Part shown: piece after piece, positions 56,868 to 63,149 of the stretch
How the letters are laid out: each line of letters begins with the position of its first letter
Position numbering within the stretch: position 1 is the stretch's first letter
Source of the DNA: a virus
Reading direction: 5' to 3' (one strand)
Virus record (IMG/VR): IMGVR_UViG_3300037092_000015
Location: 1 to 64,000 of that record
DNA: 64,000 bases
The notes under the pieces: generated by a model
What the model saw: only the letters and a program-made list of their open reading frames with translations
Told to the model about the DNA's origin: nothing
Databases searched by the model: none
Position numbers and translations under genes: made by a program

Positions 56868-57133
56868 TGAACTAAACATTTTGCCGCGCCGAGCGCGTCT
56901 GCCGTGATTCCAATCCGAAGCATATCTTCCGCCGCCCTGCGGGATTTTGGCCCGTAGTAATTTTCCCCCAGGAAGCTGCCAGCCTTGCAGTCAATCCATT
57001 CGATTTGGTCGGGCGCGATTTGCACCCCATCGCGGTCGCAGATTTGTTCGCCTCGAATTTCGACACCCTCACTCACAACCAACATTTTCGTTACCGGATC
57101 AATCCGGTTTTTTATTCTGGCACAGGTATTCAT
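56864..57133 (-). CDS. Hypothetical protein (cassette 2)
   Basis: ATGA-coupled to the next gene. Confidence 0.6.
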   Translation of the reverse strand: MNTCARIKNRIDPVTKMLVVSEGVEIRGEQICDRDGVQIAPDQIEWIDCKAGSFLGENYYGPKSRRAAEDMLRIGITADALGAAKCLVQ

Positions 57134-57172
57134 ATTTTTAAGCAGGGATTAGTTTCCTCTCCCTTTGATTTT

Positions 57173-57496
57173 TTAATAGCGTTCGCCGGGAAGGTCTGGG
57201 GTTGCCCGGAGTTTGGGGCGCGCAAGGAAGGCTTTGTTGCTCGCTTCGCGAGCCGCTTTGCCAGCCTCACGTTGAGCCGCCGCCGCCGATTCTTCTTGCT
57301 GATAGGCGGCCAATTGTGCGGTATGCACACGAGCGCCAACCACTTTACCTTCGGGTGAATATTTGCTTCCGACCAGATGAAACGGAATGGCTTCACCTTT
57401 TGCGGTTTTGAAGCCGCCTTCCGGTTGAAGGATTGCATCTGTCCACTGTCCGCCGCCGGTTTGTCCGGCTGGCACTCTTGGTTCGTCTTCGTTCAT
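57173..57496 (-). CDS. Small protein with an N-terminal EPRVPAGQTGGGQW tag (cassette 2)
   Basis: Tag shared with 57761-58075. Confidence 0.7.
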   Translation of the reverse strand: MNEDEPRVPAGQTGGGQWTDAILQPEGGFKTAKGEAIPFHLVGSKYSPEGKVVGARVHTAQLAAYQQEESAAAAQREAGKAAREASNKAFLARPKLRATPDLPGERY

Positions 57497-57544
57497 TTTT
57501 TCTTTCGTTGGCTTGGCTTACTGGGCCTCGCCCTTTATGCCTGC

Positions 57545-57573
57545 AATATACGCAAGCGATTGCGTATATGCAA
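57545..57573 (-). promoter_or_regulatory. Cassette-internal promoter TTGCAT-17-TATATT with a palindromic operator
   Basis: ATATACGCAA-GCGA-TTGCGTATAT spans the spacer. Confidence 0.7.
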
Positions 57574-57635
57574 ACAAAATCTTCATTTATTTACACACTC
57601 ACAAAACCATTGATTCTATTGACTCAAACCGGCCT

Positions 57636-57735
57636 GCCCAACAAATCGCTGCACGCAATGACCGCCGCATTGGGCGTCATTGGCGAGTTCGGGCATCGTG
57701 GGCGCGGCGTTCATGCGTGAGCTTGGTCGTTGGGC
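57636..57735 (+). repeat. attC site 2
   Basis: GCCCAAC-AAATC-GCTGCAC...GTGAGC-TTGGTC-GTTGGGC. Confidence 0.85.
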
Positions 57736-57760
57736 GCTTAGTCACTCCGCGCCCGATGCG

Positions 57761-58075
57761 TTACGGGTTTTTCGTGTAGTCCTTTTCCCCCGCCTTTTGG
57801 ATATCCTCGAAAAATCCAGGCCGATGCACTCGCGCCACCGGCGAGTTGAACCACGGATTGTTGCGTTGCGCCCAGTCCACGGCCTTCTCCCCAGCGCGCG
57901 GCAGTGCGGCCTGCGCCTCTTTGATGGCTTGCGGAATATGCGTTTGCTCGATGTTTGTCCGCTGAGGCAGGCTTTGGAGTCTGCCGATTTCGGAGCTGAT
58001 GACCGCTCCCGTCTCGGGCATGAATTGCCCGCCTTCCGGCGATCCCGCCGGGACTCTTGGTTGATCTGGATTCAT
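57761..58075 (-). CDS. Small protein with an N-terminal NPDQPRVPAGSPEGGQF tag (cassette 3)
   Basis: CAA-rich leader, tag motif. Confidence 0.72.
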   Translation of the reverse strand: MNPDQPRVPAGSPEGGQFMPETGAVISSEIGRLQSLPQRTNIEQTHIPQAIKEAQAALPRAGEKAVDWAQRNNPWFNSPVARVHRPGFFEDIQKAGEKDYTKNP

Positions 58076-58098
58076 TGTGTGTTTTTGTTGTTCGACGC

Positions 58099-58193
58099 GC
58101 CCAACCAATCACTGGAGCGAATGCAGGCGGGCGCTGCCTGTTCGCAAATTCGGATGTCAGTGGCCGCCTGCATCGCTCAGTTCTGCGTTCGGC
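58099..58193 (+). repeat. attC site 3
   Basis: GCCCAAC-CAATC-ACTGGAG...CTCAGT-TCTGC-GTTCGGC. Confidence 0.85.
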
Positions 58194-58465
58194 ATCTGAA
58201 ATTCCAATTGCCTCTGGACCGGCTTGTCGAACGTTTTCCACGCTGGGTCAGTACAGAAGGGATGCAGGTCCACGAAGGCATTGTAGTAGATCCCCCAGGA
58301 GTGTGTGATGCAGATTCTGAGATTCAGTCGGAAGTTGTATTCTTCCGTAGTCAGGTATCGGTCATCATCGGCCTCCGAATGCCGAACCAGACGCTCCACA
58401 CGAACCGCCGCCAGCCTCTCGGACTCCGGGAGGCTGTTTCGTTTTCGGGCGGCAGTGGTGTTCAT
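58157..58465 (-). CDS. Hypothetical protein (cassette 4)
   Basis: Starts in attC4 and ends in attC3 (PNAELSDAGGH). Confidence 0.65.
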   Translation of the reverse strand: MNTTAARKRNSLPESERLAAVRVERLVRHSEADDDRYLTTEEYNFRLNLRICITHSWGIYYNAFVDLHPFCTDPAWKTFDKPVQRQLEFQMPNAELSDAGGH

Positions 58466-58494
58466 GGCGGCGGTCGGTGAGCTACTTGTTCGGC
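58381..58494 (+). repeat. attC site 4
   Basis: GCCGAAC-CAGAC-GCTCCAC...GTGAGC-TACTT-GTTCGGC. Confidence 0.85.
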
Positions 58495-58799
58495 GCGCGC
58501 AGGCATTCCTCCCACGTCATGCCGCAGACTTTCTTGTAATGCTTTGCCGAGGCCACCAGTTCCCGCGCGGTCTTTCCCGACGCGACGACCTGCTCTCGCG
58601 TGTAGTCGAAGTTCACCGGCTTTCCGTCTTGGTCCTGCCATTGGCCTTCGCTGCGCTCGTTCCAGCCCAGGACCAGGAAGTGGGTTCCGTAGGGAGAAGT
58701 GATGCGCGCCGCGTCGCACTTGAACATGCGGACGAATCGCCGAACCAAGCGCTCCAGACAACCGCCGACGGGCGTCTCTTTTGAAGTCGTAGCGTTCAT
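58482..58799 (-). CDS. Hypothetical protein (cassette 5)
   Basis: Starts in attC5 and ends in attC4 (PNK). Confidence 0.7.
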   Translation of the reverse strand: MNATTSKETPVGGCLERLVRRFVRMFKCDAARITSPYGTHFLVLGWNERSEGQWQDQDGKPVNFDYTREQVVASGKTARELVASAKHYKKVCGMTWEECLRAPNK

Positions 58800-58829
58800 G
58801 TCGGCGGTGTCTGAGCTTGGTCGTTCGGA
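58739..58829 (+). repeat. attC site 5
   Basis: GCCGAAC-CAAGC-GCTCCAG...CTGAGC-TTGGTC-GTTCGGA. Confidence 0.85.
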
Positions 58830-59176
58830 GATGCATTAATGCGCTTGATAATACAGCTTGTGCAGAGCGTTCTCCCTCGTGTGGTCGTTGGCAGACTCCC
58901 CATCCGGCCTGTGTTCTGCGGAAATGCTGCGATGATATTCCTGGCATTGCTCCGCGCTTTGGATAGCTGCTCACGCTTGTTCCCCCCCAGCCTAGGGGCG
59001 ACCAGTGCAGATAGCGCGTCCAGCAGGATTCGCTCTCGCGCTCGGACAGCCGTTCCCAGTCCTGAGACTGATGTTGGTCCGCGGACGATACCATTGCATA
59101 GGTCGGTGATCTGGCTCTCAATCGCAGAACCAAGCGGGTCGAGCGAACTGCCCGATTGCGTCTCAGGTTTATTCAT
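58796..59176 (-). CDS. Hypothetical protein (cassette 6)
   Basis: ATGA couplings inside attC6 and attC5. Confidence 0.6.
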   Translation of the reverse strand: MNKPETQSGSSLDPLGSAIESQITDLCNGIVRGPTSVSGLGTAVRARERILLDALSALVAPRLGGNKREQLSKARSNARNIIAAFPQNTGRMGSLPTTTRGRTLCTSCIIKRINASPNDQAQTPPT

Positions 59177-59215
59177 AGCGTTTTGGCGGGCAGTCGCTCA
59201 CCCGCGGCGTTCGGT
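59124..59215 (+). repeat. attC site 6
   Basis: GCAGAAC-CAAGC-GGGTCGAG...CTCACCC-GCGGC-GTTCGGT. Confidence 0.8.
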
Positions 59216-59472
59216 GGAAGCGGTTGACCGCATTCCTTGCAACAGCTTGGGGCCTTCTGCTTCTCTGCCAGTTCTGCGTCGTGGACCAGCATCGCCGCTG
59301 CCAACCTTCGGCTGGCCATCGTGAAACGGCGCCACAAATATTCTTCGTGCGTTTGCAGGCACGGCCTTGGTCTGTTCGTATGCGCCAGCGCCCATGCATC
59401 CCTCCACCAAACGCACCGAACCAATCGCGGCAGCGAACCGCCGACTGGCGTTGTTGCAATAGGGGTGTTCAT
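59173..59472 (-). CDS. Hypothetical protein (cassette 7)
   Basis: Starts in attC7 and ends in attC6; CKECG. Confidence 0.65.
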   Translation of the reverse strand: MNTPIATTPVGGSLPRLVRCVWWRDAWALAHTNRPRPCLQTHEEYLWRRFTMASRRLAAAMLVHDAELAEKQKAPSCCKECGQPLPPNAAGERLPAKTL

Positions 59473-59508
59473 TGGTGGTTATCGCCGCCGCTCAGCTTGT
59501 CGTTGGGG
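59415..59508 (+). repeat. attC site 7 (degenerate)
   Basis: ACCGAAC-CAATC-GCGGCAG...CTCAGC-TTGTC-GTTGGGG. Confidence 0.7.
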
Positions 59509-59535
59509 CGCTTAGTCACTCCACGCCCAGTTACG

Positions 59536-59811
59536 CTATTGCGCGGTGTTTTCACACGCCGGTAGTGCCGATGTGTCGGCGACTTTCTTGATGTCCCCAA
59601 GCTTGGCTCGTACGTCGTCAATGTGCAGGCATTCCGCCAGGTTGCATCCAGCTTGGTCTGCTACCGGCACGGCTAGGTTGCCGTTGCAGGCGTCGTTTCC
59701 AGGAGTCGCATCGTGGAGTATTCCGACGATGGACTTCACGTAGTATCCGGGCGGCACGATGCGGAGCACGCGGTCCCCGTTCTTTGCTTCTCTTCCGTTT
59801 GCGTAGTGCAT
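59536..59811 (-). CDS. Small SH3-like hypothetical protein (cassette 8)
   Basis: MHYANGREAKNGD..GILHDATPGNDACNG..ECLHIDD. Confidence 0.75.
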   Translation of the reverse strand: MHYANGREAKNGDRVLRIVPPGYYVKSIVGILHDATPGNDACNGNLAVPVADQAGCNLAECLHIDDVRAKLGDIKKVADTSALPACENTAQ

Positions 59812-59837
59812 ACTTATGTTCTGTGTTTACCGTCGCG

Positions 59838-59932
59838 CCCTAACCAATCACTAGAGCGAATGCAGGCGGGCGCTGCCTGTTCGCAAATGGGTTTGTCAGT
59901 GGCCGCCTGCATCGCTCAGTTCTGTGTTCGGT
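59838..59932 (+). repeat. attC site 8 (near-identical to attC3)
   Basis: CCCTAAC-CAATC-ACTAGAG...CTCAGT-TCTGT-GTTCGGT. Confidence 0.85.
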
Positions 59933-60123
59933 GATGTGTTTTCCACGGTCACATACCCAAGGAATGCCATCGTTTTCCCGCAACAGCGAGGCATGGGAGC
60001 ATCTGCCCCGAGATAGGCAGGCACATATTCCTCTCGCCCACACTGTCGGCAGTAGTGCTTGAAGCATCTCACCGAACGAGCCGCGTCAGCCAACGGCGGG
60101 GTTACGCTTTTAGTGTTCTTCAT
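59896..60123 (-). CDS. Small Zn-ribbon protein (cassette 9)
   Basis: CRQCG..PRCCGKTM; ends PNTELSDAGGH in attC8. Confidence 0.7.
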   Translation of the reverse strand: MKNTKSVTPPLADAARSVRCFKHYCRQCGREEYVPAYLGADAPMPRCCGKTMAFLGYVTVENTSPNTELSDAGGH

Positions 60124-60162
60124 ACGTCCTTTGGCCCGCCGTGGCTGCGCTCTGTGTTATGC
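60071..60162 (+). repeat. attC site 9
   Basis: ACCGAAC-GAGCC-GCGTCAG...CTGCGC-TCTGT-GTTATGC. Confidence 0.82.
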
Positions 60163-60246
60163 CCTACCATCGGAAGGTTCCCGTATCGTCGATTTTGCGG
60201 GTGAGCCACCAGACCACGATCATCAGTATTATCAGTTCCATATGGT

Positions 60247-60441
60247 TTATTTATTCCCTCTGAGCAGGCGGTAGGCGCGGATCGCTACAGCGTCCCACAC
60301 GGCTACTGATTCGCTTGGCAGGTCTCTGAATTTACAGAGGGGGCGCCCCCAGATTGATTTTGGCTGGCTCAGCATTTCTTTCCGGCTAGCGTTGTAGAGT
60401 TTGATAGCCAGTGTTCGGGCTTCATCTAGTTTTTGTTTCAT
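60247..60441 (-). CDS. Hypothetical protein (cassette 10)
   Basis: ATGA coupling. Confidence 0.6.
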   Translation of the reverse strand: MKQKLDEARTLAIKLYNASRKEMLSQPKSIWGRPLCKFRDLPSESVAVWDAVAIRAYRLLRGNK

Positions 60442-60671
60442 GGCAGTAGGTCGTTGAGGCGCTTCTGGAGCGCGGTTGCCAGCACGCTAACCTTTGTCTG
60501 TTGCTCTGAGGCTGGCAGGTTTTCGATTTCGTAGCACAGGTTCAGCGCGGCGCTTCTGGCGTCCCCGATTCCCCGGTGCAGTTTGATTTCTTTCGCAGTC
60601 GTAGCCGTGGCCACCTGCGAGAGTTCCAGATACAGGCTGTTGATAGTGTCGAGTTCCATAGGCATAACCAA
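60438..60671 (-). CDS. Hypothetical protein (cassette 10)
   Basis: SLYLELSQVATATTAKE..CYEIENLPASEQQTKVSV. Confidence 0.65.
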   Translation of the reverse strand: MVMPMELDTINSLYLELSQVATATTAKEIKLHRGIGDARSAALNLCYEIENLPASEQQTKVSVLATALQKRLNDLLP

Positions 60672-60720
60672 TCACGCCACCGAACCGGCTCCGCGCCGGT
60701 CGGTGAGTTCCTTGTTATGC
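60662..60720 (+). repeat. attC site 10 (59 bp)
   Basis: GCATAAC-CAATC-ACGCCAC...GTGAGT-TCCTT-GTTATGC. Confidence 0.85.
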
Positions 60721-60950
60721 CTGCACCCCAGGACGTGAGTGATGGTGCCGCCATTCGGGCCGGGGTCGTTGAGGCACTCGGGGCACTGCACGGCCATTTT
60801 GTCCGCGCAGGTTTTTCCCGGCGCATATGTCGCGCAGTTCGAGCATTCACCGAGCAGATACCATCCGCACCAGCACTTTGCTGCCGCTGGCAGGTTGCTC
60901 AGCATGTCCATGTATTCTTGTTGGTCAGAGTTAAACATCGCAGCGCTCAC
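60672..60950 (-). CDS. Cys-rich hypothetical protein (cassette 11)
   Basis: CWCGWY..CSNC..CPEC; ends in attC10. Confidence 0.65.
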   Translation of the reverse strand: MSAAMFNSDQQEYMDMLSNLPAAAKCWCGWYLLGECSNCATYAPGKTCADKMAVQCPECLNDPGPNGGTITHVLGCRHNKELTDRRGAGSVA

Positions 60951-61630
60951 AATTCATCCGGTTCGCAGGCGTTGTCGAAGTGCCGCTTGTCCTTCTCGAC
61001 GCCGATAAATTTACGACCAGTCCGCAGGCAGGCGATTCCCGTGCTGCCGCTGCCCATGTATGGGTCTAGCACCGTTGCCCCGACCGGCACGCCAACTTGT
61101 TCCAGACACCACGCCATCAGCGCGACCGGCTTTTGGTTGCTGTGGATTCGCGGCTCGTCCTTTTCCTTCGCTTGCGCACCGTTCCAATAGCGCGTTTTCA
61201 GCCGCAGAACGCCGTCCTGGTTTGTCCACGCCGTCTCGCCGTCGGCCTGGTCGTTGCTTGGGATGCCTTCGCGCTTGTCCCATATCAGCCACCGTGAGGA
61301 GTTCGGCAGGCGGTTCGCGTAGTGATTCGCGCCCCACAGCACCACAATTGGATAGCCGAGCCACGGGCGCGGGTCGAACGGCTTGTCATCGCCCATGATT
61401 GCCTCGCCATCAGTGCCGAGTTTCACGCCGCCTTTACGCGCTCCGTGGCAGTAGGCGATTCCATACGGCGGGTCGCTGATTAGCGCGTCCGCGTCTATCC
61501 ACGGAAGCTCCAGACAGTCGGCATTGATTAGTCGGCAGTCTCCGATTGTGACCCCTAACAAGTCGCTGCACGCAATGCCCACCGCGTTCACGGTTTGCTT
61601 GCAATCGGGTGCTGTTGGCGCGGTGGTCAT
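60947..61630 (-). CDS. DNA N6/N4 methyltransferase, C-terminus apparently truncated
   Basis: DPPYG, HSNQKP, DPYMGSGST; ends abruptly FDNACEPDEL; ATG in attC11. Confidence 0.85.
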   Translation of the reverse strand: MTTAPTAPDCKQTVNAVGIACSDLLGVTIGDCRLINADCLELPWIDADALISDPPYGIAYCHGARKGGVKLGTDGEAIMGDDKPFDPRPWLGYPIVVLWGANHYANRLPNSSRWLIWDKREGIPSNDQADGETAWTNQDGVLRLKTRYWNGAQAKEKDEPRIHSNQKPVALMAWCLEQVGVPVGATVLDPYMGSGSTGIACLRTGRKFIGVEKDKRHFDNACEPDEL

Positions 61631-61650
61631 GCGTGAGCTAGTCGTTATCC
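61553..61650 (+). repeat. attC site 11
   Basis: CCCTAAC-AAGTC-GCTGCAC...GTGAGC-TAGTC-GTTATCC. Confidence 0.85.
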
Positions 61651-61965
61651 TTCATGCTGTGTAGGTATTCCGTGGTCAGGGTGCTGGTATTCTGGATACT
61701 TGCGGCCCTTGACAGGCTCTCCGCGCAGCGGAGCTCCGCACTGCTCCATACATGCCACTCCAGTTGCTGTGATCTGTCGGATTTCATGCAGCGCCTTGTC
61801 GTCGCCGTGCCCTGTTACCCACGCATGGCGGGCATCGTTGCACAGTTTTTCGATGATGAGCAGCCACTCGGCTACACAGTGTTGATGATCGGGCCACTTC
61901 TGTTCTTGGTAGGCGCGTTCGCCTTCGATTGCATGTCTTACGTCTGCATCTATATGTCGATTCAT
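61645..61965 (-). CDS. MazG-like (all-alpha NTP pyrophosphohydrolase-like) protein, last cassette
   Basis: ERAYQEQKW..EWLLIIE..ALHEIRQITATGVACME. Confidence 0.65.
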   Translation of the reverse strand: MNRHIDADVRHAIEGERAYQEQKWPDHQHCVAEWLLIIEKLCNDARHAWVTGHGDDKALHEIRQITATGVACMEQCGAPLRGEPVKGRKYPEYQHPDHGIPTQHEG

Positions 61966-61966
61966 A

Positions 61967-62057
61967 GGATAACGAGTCGGTTCAGCGACTGCCGGGTTCG
62001 CGTTTGGGTTTCAGTTCGGGAGTCAGCGGCCCGGCATCGCTGACCTCTTTGTTCCGG
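61967..62057 (+). repeat. attC site 12
   Basis: GGATAAC-GAGTC-GGTTCAG...CTGACC-TCTTT-GTTCCGG. Confidence 0.82.
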
Positions 62058-62368
62058 GCTGCCGATCCGGAACCTTTGCATGTGGGGCATTTCCGCCCTG
62101 GCTCAGCTTGTTTGTTCGTCGCGCCGGAATGAGCGCCGCCAGCCTCTTCCTTGGCTGCCGCAAGTTCACCCTGCCTCAGCCGAACGCTAGCCGTGATTGA
62201 CTGCCGCATGGTCCAGCCGTCCTCGTCGCGGCCTCGCGCCTTCCAAAATCGCCGCGCACCGGCCCTCACCGAAGCAGCCATCTGACGCAGCGGCTCACCG
62301 GTCGGATGCTCAAGCACCGTCTCCCAGTCTCCCTGCTGAATCGTTGCTAGATTTAGACCGTCGTTCAT
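61982..62368 (-). CDS. Hypothetical protein reading into attC12
   Basis: CPTCKGSG then ARNKEVSDAG from the attC. Confidence 0.55.
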   Translation of the reverse strand: MNDGLNLATIQQGDWETVLEHPTGEPLRQMAASVRAGARRFWKARGRDEDGWTMRQSITASVRLRQGELAAAKEEAGGAHSGATNKQAEPGRKCPTCKGSGSAARNKEVSDAGPLTPELKPKREPGSR

Positions 62369-62617
62369 CGCGTCACTCCATCCACGCTATTATCCCACTG
62401 TCGTATTGCACCACAGTCACAAGACTCACTTGGCCGCATATCCTACAAACCACCTTTGCCTTACCGCCGCCGGCCCCGATCTTGAAATACCGATCTACCA
62501 CCACAGCGTCATTGTGTCCGCACCGTCTGTTTCTTCTTGGCCAGTAGTAGCTACACAATACGAAGAACGATACAACGCAAGCCGACGGCAGTAACAGTAT
62601 CACCCAGTCAAGAATCG

Positions 62618-62809
62618 TCACTTGGCACCTCGCGATTCCTTTTCCGCCTTGTGCTCGACCGGCTTCCGTATCCCAGCTTTCGGTTCCGTGAACGCCGTGC
62701 ACTGGCTTCCGTGGTTGCTGACCGCCGGCTTGTTAAAGACGCAGCACCAACCCGCAATGCCAGTGTCCAGCGCATCCCAGTAGTAGCAGGTAGCACAGGT
62801 TGCGCTCAT
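62618..62809 (-). CDS. Small Cys-rich protein
   Basis: CATCYYW..GWCC..QCTAF. Confidence 0.6.
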   Translation of the reverse strand: MSATCATCYYWDALDTGIAGWCCVFNKPAVSNHGSQCTAFTEPKAGIRKPVEHKAEKESRGAK

Positions 62810-62897
62810 GCTGGTGTGTTATTTTTCATGCTTACACTTTTATGAAACGCCTAGTCACTACTTGGTTTGGAAACCATGTCATTCCATCCGGCCGGGT

Positions 62898-63149
62898 CTA
62901 GCAAGCCTGCCTATATTTCTCTTCATTTTCTTGCCTCGCTAGTAAAGTAGCTGCGACCACCTGTAATCTTGAAACATCCTGCTCTACCATCATCCGCAGC
63001 GCGTCCTTGGCCGCAGTTCGCGCCTTGCCAGCCCCGCGCCCCGGCAGCCGCGTCACCGCTTGCAGCGCCAGCTTCGCCAGTTCCAAGTGCAACTCCTGAC
63101 GGCGGATACGGTCCTTGCTGGCGCGGGGCGTCTGCATGTCAGTCAACAC
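62898..63149 (-). CDS. Hypothetical protein
   Basis: Operon packing. Confidence 0.5.
   Translation of the reverse strand: MLTDMQTPRASKDRIRRQELHLELAKLALQAVTRLPGRGAGKARTAAKDALRMMVEQDVSRLQVVAATLLARQENEEKYRQAC

Larger units (their letters stand above)
56046..62057 (+). mobile_element. Integrase-less integron-type cassette array (CALIN-like) with 12 attC sites and antisense cargo genes
   Basis: 12 R''-L''...L'-R' palindromes of 59-114 bp; cassette starts complement their own R''; no integrase gene in the window. Confidence 0.88.

Noticed and set aside
57680-59565. Plus-strand ORFs as the canonical cassette genes
   Set aside because: They run through several attC sites and have no recognisable motifs, whereas the minus-strand ORFs include clear methylases and coupled starts and stops.
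56629-62057. Repeats as a CRISPR array, REP elements or plain terminators
   Set aside because: The units are diverse 59-114 bp palindromes separated by gene-sized spacers, lack U-tracts and show attC box geometry; no cas genes are present.
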